NCBI RefSeq assembly: GCF_030144855.1
Contig: NC_082708.1
Location: 43,152,001-43,216,000, forward strand
DNA length: 64,000 nucleotides
Source of the DNA: Hypanus sabinus
Taxonomy: Eukaryota
Reading direction: 5' to 3'
Position 1 is the first letter of the stretch. Each line of letters begins with the position of its first letter. The notes under the pieces were generated by a model, which made no database searches, was not told the origin of the DNA, and saw nothing but the letters and a program-made list of their open reading frames with translations. Of this stretch, positions 35,101-46,727 are shown in pieces. The position numbers were made by a program, and so were the translations under genes.

Positions 35101-37260
35101 CTACTAGAATATTAGGCCCCCCCCCTCCAGTTTAGGTGCAAACTGTCCCTTCTGTACAAGTCCCACCTTTCCTGGAAGAGACCCCAGTGATTCAAAAATC
35201 GTATGCCCTTCCCTCTGCACCCAACTCCTTAGCCACGTATTAAACTGTATAATCTTCCTAGTTCTAGGCGCACTAGCATGTGGCATGGGTACCAGTTCTG
35301 TGATCACAACCCTGGAGGTCCTGCCCTTTAACTTAGCACCTAACTCCCTGAACCCCCTATGCAGAACCACTTCACTCGTCCATACCTACATGGACCATGA
35401 CTTCTGGCTGTTCACCACTTAACAACTCTGAGGACTTGATCTGAGATCCTGCAAGGCAACATACCATCTGGGAATCTCGTCCTTGCCCACAGATCAGAAC
35501 CTTCTGTCTGTTCCCTTAACTAACGAATCCCCTATCACCACAGCATGCCTCTTCTCCCTGCTTCTCTCTGAGTCTCAGAGGCAGACTCAGTGCCAGAGAC
35601 CTGATCACTGTGACTCTCTTCTATTCAGTCAACCCCTATTCCCTCCTCCGCCTAACATTATCCAAGATAAAGTAATTGTTCTTGAGGGCATGATCATAGG
35701 GGTCCTCTGCACTGGTTTCTTAATCTCTTTCCCCTTCCTGACTGTCATCCAGTTTCCTGTATCCTGCATCTCGGGTGTAACTATCTCTCTACACGTCCTA
35801 TCTATTACCCCTTCAGCCTACCAAATGAGCTGCGGTTCATCCAGTTCCTACCCCAACTCCTTAACGTGGATTGTTAGAAGCTGCAGCTGAATGCACTTCT
35901 TGCAGTTGTAGCCATCAGAGATACTGGAGTGATCCCTGCCTTCCCATATCCTGCAAAAGGAGAACCTCACTATCCTGCCTGTCATCTCTACTGTCCCTAG
36001 CTCAGTGGTCCCCAACCATCTGGTACCGGGCTGCAAAGCATGTGCTACCGGGCTGTGAGGAAATGATATGATTTGTCGATATCAAATGATATGAGTCAGC
36101 TGCACATTTCCTCATTCCCTGTCACACCCTCTGAACTTGAACTCACACGAGGTCATCAGTCGCCTAAACGCAGTGATACCCTAGCGCCAGGGATCACTGG
36201 TTGACCTCGGGTAACCGGGCGCCTTGTGCGGCTGACGAGAAGTGCCATTGCTACTGGCCTGGAGCACGGACAGATGGGTACTGCCTCTTAACCTGTTTAG
36301 CACACTGAATGTTCGTGGTGAACTTGGTGCTAAAATATTTGCAGACGACCTAATTCAGGCTCAGGGTTTCGTAAGTAGCAGAGCAGCTACCTTACTGCGA
36401 TCTACTGAAAGCCATCCCTCGAGCCAAACTTTTGTCGGCTGATAGATATACGGGGGGGGGGGGGGGGGGGAGCACGCGCCCTGTCACACTCCTCGGTCGC
36501 TCGCTCGCTCTCTCCAAATTGTAACTGCCAAGGCCCCGGTACGGGGACCTCTGGCCCTGACCTTGTCCTCTTACTGGTGTGTTGCAATGATTTTATATGA
36601 TCATACAAAGAAAATATGTGCTGTGTGTTTAATATTCAAACAATACTTAAAATGTTATGATGCTATTGACATAAGTAAATTATCACTATGTTTATGCGAG
36701 GAAAATATGTGCTGTATGTTTAATATTAAATTCGTTAGATAACCCTTTTAGAAAAGAAATTAAGTGTAGTAGCCATTTATAAGTGACTTATAGTTAACCA
36801 TATAACAATTACAGCATGAAAACAGGCCATCTTGGCCCTTCTAGTCCGTGCCGAACGCTTACTCTTTATAGTTGACTTATCACCTATATTCCGGTTGATA
36901 TTAAACCCACACCACCACCACCCCACCTCCTCCCCGGCCGGTCCGCAGGAATATTGTCAATATTGAACCAGTCTGCAGTGCAATAAAGGTTGGTGACCCC
37001 TGCCCTAGCTGAGCAGATATAAAGGGAACAAAAAAAACTTTTAACTTTAGTTTGCTTTCTTTGGCTGAAGCCTCAATGAGCTAAAGCCTCATGATCACCA
37101 CTCTGACAATGTCCACTCTGGCGATGCTGCTGTGATTACCCCTGCCTTTCTTTAATTTGCTGTTACCAATCAACCCCAGATGGTGATTGGTTGCTGGTCA
37201 AAGCTCTATTCCATTCTAGTTCTAGGTGGCAGTAGCTGATCTGTGCCATAACTCACCATT
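32162..37260 (-). mobile_element. Near full-length decayed CR1 LINE (ORF1 Cys-motif and esterase-like region, ORF2), interrupted by a hAT MITE
   Basis: ORF1 fragments FCRIWE..YNCKKCIQLQLL and FRELGAKLKGRTSRVVI, endonuclease and RT fragments, and the 3' tail CCATAAGACCATAAG at ~32162. Confidence 0.9.
36003..37002. mobile_element. hAT (Charlie-type) non-autonomous element
   Basis: A perfect 8-bp TSD CCCTAGCT (35995-36002, 37003-37010) flanks TIRs CAGTGGTCCCCAACC / GGTTGGTGACCCCTG. It contains a ~70-bp CR1 3'-tail insertion at ~36797-36866. Confidence 0.92.
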
Positions 37261-37357
37261 CACACTGCAATGCCACATTATCGTCAAAGATAAGTTCAAA
37301 GTATATTTATGATCCAAGTACAGTATGTATATTATATACAACCTTGAGAATTGTCTC

Positions 37358-37989
37358 TAGTTAGGGTAGTTAAGAAAGTTTACGCGGTGTTAGCTTTCAT
37401 AAGTCGAGGGATGGAGTTTAAGAATTGCGATGTAATGATGTAGCTCTATAGAACTCTGGTTAGGCCACACTTGGAGTACTGTGTCCAGTTCTGGTCACCT
37501 CACTATAGGATGGATGTGGAAGCATTGGAAAGGGTACAGAGGAGATTTACCAGGATGCTGCCTGGTTTAAAGAGTATGGATTATGATCAGAGATTAAGGA
37601 AGCTAGGGCTTCACTCTTTGGAGAGGAGGAGGATGAGAGGAGACATGATAGAGGTGTACAAGATATTAAGAGGAATAGATAGAGTGGATAGCCAGTGCCT
37701 CTTCCCCAGGGCACCACTGCTCAGTACAAGAGGACATGGCTTTAAGGTAAAGGGAGGAAAGTTCAAGGGGGATATTAGAGGAAGGTTTTCCACTCAGAGA
37801 GTGGTTGGTGCGTGGAATGCACTGCCTGAGTCAGTGGTGGAGGCAGACACACTAGTGAAGTTTAAAAGACTACTAGACAGGTATATGGAAGAATTTAAGG
37901 TGGGGGGTTATATGGGAGGCAGGGTTTGAGGGTCGGTACAACATTGTGGGCTGAAGGGCCTGTAATGTGTTGTACTATTCTATGTTCTA
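37358..37989 (+). mobile_element. Young short CR1 3' insertion
   Basis: A clean 152-aa RT C-terminus (EYCVQFWSPH..ERVQRRFTRM) is followed by a (TTCTATG)n tail. TGTCTC flanks both sides. Confidence 0.92.
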
Positions 37990-39812
37990 TGTCTCCTTAT
38001 AGACAACCATAAAACAAAGAAACTTAAGGTTATCATAAGATTACATTAAAAAAAACTGAAATTGTGACCTGCTGCATGTCCTCTCCAAAGTTTGATCGTT
38101 AGAATTAGATTTTCCATATTATTCTGAAAGGCTACAGTAACTGCCTATTCATATTCATGCTGTGAGTGATTACACAAGAGCTGCATTTGGAGTCATTTAG
38201 TATCTAGTCTGTGAATTATTAATCAATTTTTCTGAAAGGAGCAATTTGAAGCAGTACTGTAAATCCTTTTGGGTGTTACAGTATCAAGTTTTTGCATTTT
38301 TACAGCTTCTCACATCAACAGTTGCCCAGCCTGGCAGATGTGAATTAAAGCAGACTGTTGTATGAACAGACTTTAACTAAAGGTAAACAAAGATTAAAAA
38401 ATAAAATGAAGTTTGTATTTCACTTTCATTCTATTTCTTCGGTCAGTGTCTTCCAGGTGGCATTAACTTGGTGCTGTATTAAATCTCTCCTGCCCCCTTT
38501 TCCCTTGCCCACAGTCTAACCAGGTAGTTGTAGAGCTACTGTTTTGTTTATTGGCAAATCTATTAAACTTTGAAGTAAAAATGTTATACAAAATTTTGGG
38601 GAGTATTATTCCACAATTGTGAATAAGATGATCTCTTATAGTATGAGATCAGAATAGACACAAAGACATTTGTCTCATAGCATCTGAAGTGAAATTCTGC
38701 TAATACAAAAATGACTTACGGGCAGTATTGGTCTGGATAACTACTGTATTTGATGAATAAACTTGAAGTCTTCAACCTGAAACCATTGATCTATGTGTGA
38801 GGTACGTAGACAGTTGGCTCCTAATAGGTAGGTGTTGTGAGGTGGCATAATTTAGAGTAAATGCAGTATTTATTAATGCTGTCCATTGAGATGATTCATA
38901 ATTGTGGCCTTGATTGCGACTGATAAGACATGTCAGAGACTGGTAGTGCTGCCAACTGCCAAATAATAACTGTTTTATTCATGTGGCTATTATTTGCATA
39001 CATTACAACCTAATGTCTCATTGCTTTCTGACTAAAATGGCTAATTTGAGTCTTGTTGAGTCTTTGACTTGTTGAATCTTTGCTGGCTTTTGTAACAATG
39101 CCAATACAGGTTGCTCCCGGGTAATGAAGGGGTTCTATCTGTACAGGTGTCCATAACTCAATTTTCTCAATCAGCAGGAAATACCACTTGTTTGATAATC
39201 AAATCTCCATGTCTGGAATTAATGGCATTAACAGTTTATAAGGCTGATCTGAAAGAACAGTTACTAAAAGTGGAGAAAGAGAACTAGTTCTGCCAATTGT
39301 AGGAATGAATTTTTGTGAGGACTTCTGATTTTTGAATTTAATATTATGGGAGCTGATTTATATGGAGTTCAACTAAATTTATTTATGAATCCCTTAACCT
39401 ACGCATGGTCTAATTTCCATGTAGTCTATTGTCCCTCGCATATCAGTTAATTCTCCTCCGACCCCCTCCTCTAATTCCAAAACCATGCGCTCAAAGTGAG
39501 AGTAACTTACAACATTCAGTTAGCCTACTCCATTTGGGATGTGAACAACCTGAGGAAACCCACAAGGTCACTGGAAGAGTGTGCAACTCCATATAGCCAG
39601 CATAAGGGGTCAGGATTGAACTGAGGCAGGAATATCATCATCTCTTCTACCAGTGAATGACTGTGTTCTCATAGAAGATTGATTATGAGTAAATTTTAAA
39701 ATCTGGATGACTCATAAATCATTTGCGTTATCTGTTTTTAGTCAAAGCAGTTTGTCCTCTGGTAAATGCAAAAAAGATTATTAACACATTTCTTGGTATT
39801 TTTTCCATGCAG

Positions 39813-41615
39813 GTACCTGAACCCAGTGAATTACTAATGTCACATCAAGTAAAAGAAGAGAAAGAAAGTGAAACCAAAGTGGAGTCAACTAATGAAAACA
39901 TTAATGACAAACTGATTAACAGCTTAAATCCGTCCAGCATTTATTACAATGGCAACATGAAGTCATTGTGTAATGAATCTGCAAATGGGAGCATTGGTAT
40001 TTTGTTATCCGTCAGTAATCCAGACTCTAGAATGTTCCAAAATTCAACTCCACAAAATGTAGATAACTGTTGTGAACATAGAAATATCAAGGGACATGAA
40101 AATGGGGACGATAATACGGGTCCTTCAAAAATAATGCAAATATTTTCAAGTCCTAGGAAGAAGGCCATTTGGAGCTCTGAAAATAGACCCTGTTCTGTGA
40201 TAACATTGGAGAATTCTCCCACTTGGAATGCCCTATCATCCTTACGGAAAATGGGTTCTTTCAAAAAGTTGAAATCTTCCGTTTTTCAAGGAATTCAAGC
40301 AAGAGAAAACTCTGAGGTTATAAATGTGGAAAATTATGAAAATGTGCATAAATTTATGCAAAATGGCAGTGACAAGAAAATGCAGAATAGGTCTTCTTGC
40401 GTAGACTCTTTGCAGAATGTATGTAGCTCTGTTGAGAACTTTGCTTCAGATGGCTCAGATACTGAAGATACTGATGAAGCCTTTTTGCGCCATACTCACC
40501 GATCACGGAGCATTAGACGTGCTTACAGGGCCGGTAGGATAAATTTAATTGATTGTGATAAATCACCCAGTCAAGAGGACTCCACCAGAGCTGTACCTCT
40601 TGGGGATCAAGATTCAAACATTAATGATTTAGTAGTCACCCACTATAAAAACCACAAAGTTATCTATAGAAGAAGCAAAAGCACTGATAACTTAAGCTTT
40701 TTCAAGAAAAGTTCATTTAAGAGGAAATCAGCTTCCAACCTCACAGAGGTAAAACTAAACAATGAAACTATAGGGCTGGAAAAGACAACAAGCACTTCAG
40801 AAAACGATGAGGAAGCCCAAGGGAATACTAAAAACCAATCAAAACGTTGGAGGAGCCCAATCAGGACTATAGGTTTTGACAGAATGGTGAGATTAGTGAG
40901 TAATGTTGCAGATGCTGCAAGAAGGCGAGAGAATACCTTGAAGGAGAATTCATCGCTATGCATACAAGGAAATTCAACGGTTCGACCGAATAGCAGATTG
41001 CATGATGATTATTCTCGAAGAGTTTCTAGTGGTGCTGACAGTGAAAGACAAAGATATAATTCCAGCTGGAAGAAAGATTCTTCTTTCCTTGAACCCTATA
41101 GTCTATTCACCTCCACAAATATTCCAACTACCACCACGCACGTGGAAAAATCATTATCCTCACCAGAGCTTAAAGCCAGTAGACCTTCTCAGTGTTCCAA
41201 CATAGATGTGATAAATCCAAACAATCAGATTGCTTGTTCGCTCATTTGTCCAGCTGCTAATGAAGTTTTCCTCAACAATTCAAGTGATTTGACTCAGTTC
41301 ACAATTAAAAATGAACATTGTGGTATTCCTGACAGGCCAACTGTTTCTAAACCTCAGAGTCTTAATGCTGAAAAGAGAAAACACAATACTACATTCCATT
41401 GTTCAAATGAAAAAAGTACTTCATCACTTAGCTCAACGGATAGTGATGGACGAATTGAAGAAGTTATCCCAAAAGCTGGAAGATGTCCTGTATCATTTCA
41501 GGATCTGGTGCAAACAGTGTACTTCGATGATGGTAATGAGGATAGTGGGATAAGCAGTTATTCACAGCTTAGTCTGAACACAGTAGTTTCTGGAATGGAT
41601 GAAAAGAAGGATGAG
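39813..41615 (+). CDS. SPATA13: SPATA13/ASEF2 large coding exon (long-isoform N-terminus; first in-exon ATG at 39837)
   Basis: The 1803-nt open exon has acceptor TTTTCCATGCAG| and donor GAG|GTAATA (phase 0). Blocks RKMGSFKKLKSSV, DGSDTEDTDEAF.R.THRSRS.RRAY, YRRSKSTDNL.F.KKSSFKRKS.SNL, KRWRSPIR and SRLHDDYSRRVS match my recollection of vertebrate SPATA13. Confidence 0.93.
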
Positions 41616-42180
41616 GTAATATTATATATCCTAAATAATCTTCTTTCAAAAATCTAACCATTTATACTTAACAAAGTTCAATATATGATAAATGTGATTT
41701 ATGGCTACTTAACCTACTTTTTGGCACATGGATATGTATTAAAATATCTACCTCAACAAAGGTGGATTAATTATTTATTGAACACATCCTCTGAAAGTGC
41801 TTTGAATGGATGGCATCTGTCAATGCTCTAGTGTCACCAAAATTAAATGACTCAATCTACAGCCAACTTCAATGTGTATTTGCTATTGGTGAGCTAAACT
41901 GATATTTTAGCAGGATCTAATATACTTCAATATAATTTGGCTAAAATTAATCACAGTCTTATCTCTTTAATGAAATAATTTTTGTGAATTACCTCCATAG
42001 ATGGATAACTTTAGTGTTCATGCCAGTGTTGATTTAGTTTCCTTTTGCTTGAGGCTTTAGGAATTCAGTTCATTGTATACAAACTTGCTTGATTCTGCAC
42101 AAGCTTGTCACTTTCTCTTCAAACTCTTTTCCTGATCCGACATTGGATTCACATTTTATTTATTTTGGCATCTATATTTG

Positions 42181-42898
42181 TGTAGCCCCCGGTAAGTCTC
42201 AGGCTCGCTCTGCTCACTTCCGTCTAGGGGGAGCAGCCTTCGCCCCACCAAACTGGGTAATCAGCTTGTGTAGACGCTGTGTGATGTCCTCACCATGCCA
42301 AATAACAGACAGTACACCATATGTGATTAAATGATTACACTTTATAGATCTTACTGGAACTATGTACTTAATAGAGATGCAATATAAAAGGAAAAGTAAA
42401 AGGTGCGAAACTTATCAAAGTCCAAACCTCTTAATGCACAACCGTTGGAGCTCAGTTAACGAAGTCTTCTGGCCACCATCCGATCCCCTCCGACCTCCTC
42501 GATGTGCCACCTGGGACCAACAACGGTGGTTGACCAGATGCTCCACACGAATCTGTCCTCGTCCCCTCTCCGTGCCAAAAACCCTGGGCCTCGGACCCCC
42601 GCTCGGGGGCTGTTCCATTGCCCAGCTTACAACATCGCACCTTCTCCCTCTAACCCCCTCGTGCCATCTCCTTCAAAGTCCGCACAACACTAGCTTACAA
42701 ACCCACAAGAAAGAATAACCTCTATCCCAATTGGTTATCAAACTAATACAATTCTCGTTATCAGTAATTATAACCCAAACAAGCTTTGAGAGAAAGCACT
42801 CTCTCTCCAGTTAGCATAACAAAGAAGCATTTTTACTTTTAACAAAGAAGCCATTTTGACTAACACATGCAGTAACATAAAGAAGAACCCCCCTTACA
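42181..42898. mobile_element. Solo LTR
   Basis: TGTA...TACA ends with a 4-bp TSD TTTG (42177-42180, 42899-42902). It is CpG-rich relative to its flanks, which suggests a young insertion. Confidence 0.8.
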
Positions 42899-43906
42899 TT
42901 TGAATAATTATGCCTCTGTATTTCTGTATGTCAAATATATATAGAATTTGTGCAATGTACTTAAAGCCTAAGACCTTATCTAAATTTGGTATTGCCATGG
43001 CAAGATGAAATTTCTTGGGATAGATGTTTGGTCTTAGTGAAAGAGTGGATAAAAATAGCTTCAGTAAAAGCCCTTTGCCCGTCCATCTGACCTCAGGTCA
43101 TTTTCAAAACATCCTGACACCTTCCATTAGGGCGTAAGTACCCTGCTCCTCACCAGCTTCTTCCCACATTGCTACCATTACTAAACCAGAACACTTAAGA
43201 TCATGATATTTCTTAATCATTGCATTCCAACAAATGTAACGTCAGAATAAGAGAATCTCTTGCTCTGCTAAAACCCTTCAAGTTCTTTATAATTGTGATG
43301 TGGTTCTGAGGTACCATTGATGTTGATCCCCATCACCTGCCCTTGAGTGTAAAAGATGATTATTCACTATAGGGTAAAATTGTAACTTTACAACTCTGCT
43401 CATAATGACCTCATTTGTAAGGTATTATGTTACCCTTTGTTTAAAATCAATGAATAAGGTAATTGAGATTTTATAAAGACCAAAAAAATCTTTATCTTTT
43501 ACCTGGGTTTCTGCCTGGCCTTCCCTTAATTGAAAGACCACTTAGCTTTCCCACAACGTCCTAACTGGAACTTCCAGGTCATAGCTCCTAAATACTTTTC
43601 ATAGGACCCAGGATCAATGATTTCCAAGTCCATCTTATTAGCCTTCCAACTTGCAGCATTTTTATAAATGAAAGTGTTTTGAGACCATATAAAATCCACC
43701 TTTTTTTTTGTATTAAGCTGAAGTCCTATATTAACAAAATCTTTACACAGTTCTGAAATTACAACTTTGAGAATCACCAACTACAGTGGCAATGGAAAAG
43801 GTTGAGCATGAAATATTATAGTTGTTAAGATGAAAATAGCTCCCTTCCTTCTCTAATGTGCACAATTGGATATCCATCACACAATTAAACGGTATTGAAG
43901 AGGAAT

Positions 43907-44160
43907 AAACTTCTCTCGGGCTTCCTGCTGGGTACAGGTATCAATTATAATCAACATTTCAATGACAAACTCTGCCATCTTTATGAGGGATGATGCCTGG
44001 GCTTGTACAGGTATTGATTATAGATATGCCCAGGAATCATTCCTCATGAAGGTGGCAGCGTTTGTCATCGAAACTTTGTTTATAATCGATATCTGTACCC
44101 GGCTGAAAGCCTGAGAAGAGTTTCTTCGTCATATATACCGGGAAAACATTAGATTCTTTT
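43907..44160. repeat. Second-family Penelope-like inverted repeat with a degenerate hammerhead core
   Basis: 43907-44002 is the reverse complement of 44028-44123. The right arm reads CTCATGAAGGTGGCAGCGTTTGTCATCGAAAC (CUGAUGA-like box, stem II, GAAAC). Confidence 0.65.
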
Positions 44161-46727
44161 TCATGATGGAAGGGCTTGGATCACCTTGTATTACCCCCTC
44201 TCCGTTTTTTTCTATCTCCTATGCTCAACCACCGTAGAAGACCCTGAGTAAAAGTCCAATATTGATAATGTACTTAAAATTTATCTTGGCACCACTCAAT
44301 AAATTATTTAAAATAGTAATAATCTGATTATAAGGACTGGCAATTATAAAACCTTTATGCCATGCATTAATCATAAGCATTTAGCAAGATTCTTAGTTAA
44401 GTTCCTTAAAACGGTGGACTCATTTATAATAATTGTAATCTGTCACCAATTATCAATGTTTTTAAGCATATCCAGCGCACCTTATTTTGGAATAATAACC
44501 TACCCTACCACATTTACTATATAATTGAAATGTACAAGAAAGGATTAATTGTTGTAAACTGAAGTAAAAAAAAATCTGTTATAAAAATAAGTAGTTTAGC
44601 TATTCTATAAAGTTTAGTGATTTATTATGGTTAAACGTGATCAAAATTCATCTCTAATTTTGTTAAATTGTTTAAAAATGTACTTTTATGTCAGTGATTC
44701 TAAATGCAGTGATGCCAAATCTTTCAAAACTATAAGAATGGAATGGAGAATTAAGCTGAGAAGTGACTGAAAGATAGAACTGAAGTGTGCAGACTGAATT
44801 GGGGCATTCTGCAAAGCATTCACCTAAACTGCTTTTGATTCGACATCTGAAAGTGGACAGCATTAGGAACAATGAATAATATGAATTGAATACAATGTAA
44901 GCAAAACACTTGGAAAGTCCGTGTAGGTGGAATGGAAGAGGTAAAGAGATGAATGTTAAGTTTGCAGTTACGGGCATTGATAGTGGTGGGAGTGGGGGGT
45001 GGGGGGGAGTAAACTGAATTATCCAGAAGTGAACAGTCCCTTTAGAGCAGCGAAAGGGGAAGGGAGTGGGAAGATACTAAATGGCTCGTTTGTTAAAGGA
45101 GCTAGAAGTAGTTGAAGGATGGTCTGTTGATTTGAAAGCTGCTGGGGTAGGAGGTGAAGACAATAAGGAAACTCTTTGCTTTGAAAGAAATGAACTGCAG
45201 GATTTAAAACAGATGCAGCACAAGGCATTGTCAGCTAGGGTGGCACAGTCAGGAAAAGGAAGATGTAGTGGAAGCACTGGTGTGGTGGCATTTCTTTTAG
45301 AACAAGTGCAGCAAATGCAAAGAAGCCGTGAGAATAGAATGGTGTTTGTATAGAACACAGTCCCCCATCTTTTAATGTTAAACGTTCATCAAAAGGAAAT
45401 GTTTATTCTTCTTTTCTCTCTCCACAGATTTGGCTGACCTGCCAAATTTTGTTTTTATTCTAAAAATGCGATTTTTTTTGTAGTTTGAAATTTGATTTTG
45501 TTTTGCCCTCTGCTGGTTGATTAATGTAATTATTTTACAAAAATGTAATACTTTGATATTGAGGGAGATTACAAAAGAATCCACAGTTATAAGGTTCAGC
45601 TATTTGGGTATTAAAATAAGTTGTACTGATGAATCAGCTTTAGAAAATATCTGATTTTATTAATGTAAGTGGAGTAGAATAAACCTTAATTCAAATTTTA
45701 CATCCAGCCATTCACTGTCATATTTCCATTGCAGTTAGAAATTCTGATTCCAGTGGGATGGAATTAGATTTAGATTCAATTTCCAGAAATTTTCAGCTAT
45801 TTTTAAAAAATTGGCAAGAATTGGTGGAATTTGAATCTAAATTTAAAAATGTAACTCAAACCTGCCAGATTTACATGGATAGATGTTTTAATAGCTTTTA
45901 TGCAAGATCACAAAACATTTGGATTTAAATCGTTCTCTTTTTGTAAATTATTAAACAATGGGGAAAGCACTGTTCTTCTATGTATATTGATAATTAAATA
46001 TTTGAGAAGGAAAATAGACATGACTGCATCCCCTGATCAATAATCCATTAAAAGTTTCTTGTGCAAAACATTGATGATTTGGTCTTTGAATCAATGGATA
46101 ATGACTATGGTGGTGAAATTGAACTTGTCATTGCAGTCAGAAAAGCAATGCAGAAAATTGGCATTAGGATATTAAGTTTTCCAATTAATGGGGGGAGCGT
46201 ATTTATTCCACGTGTACTTTTTCTTATAATTGCTGTTTGGTAATTCACTGGAATTTCATTGTTGTGTTATAATGGCCAAGCTATCCTATGTGCTTTGTTT
46301 TCATATATCTCCAAACTACTTTTGTCATATTTTCAAAACTTGAAGCAGCATCGAAAATATTAAAGGTTAATTATTTTAGTTTAAACCTTTTGGAATTTGA
46401 GGTGTCCATTTACTAGGATCAGCTTTGTATTTTTTCATTATATCAAAGGAAGTCGACTCATCCTATTTCATCTACACCAGCTTTGAGCAAACCTGCTACC
46501 CTCTAACTTCCCCTTTAACCTATTCTTAGATTCTACCATTCACTATATCCTGAGGCCACTTCAAGGTGGACAGTGAATATACAGTGAAAGTCTGGTTTGA
46601 ATTTGTCAGTGAAGGTGTGAGGCCCAGACGTATTTGTTGTTTTTCTGCCGCCCAATTAAAACATACAGCTGTTAATTCTGATTTGTAATTTATCCAACAC
46701 GTTAGTACTTTCATTAAGTATGTCATT

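Noticed and set aside
34332-36469. Long C and G homopolymer runs (also near 14209, 44994, 46948) as G-quadruplex elements
   Set aside because: Most lie inside transposon relics, and such runs are prone to slippage and sequencing error.
39805-39820. CAG|GTACCT as a recursive splice site
   Set aside because: The regenerated donor is weak and there is no supporting evidence in the sequence.
39723-41657. The 644-aa ORF as a complete single-exon gene
   Set aside because: Its first 30 and last 13 codons lie outside clear splice sites (39813 and 41615). It is an exon of SPATA13.
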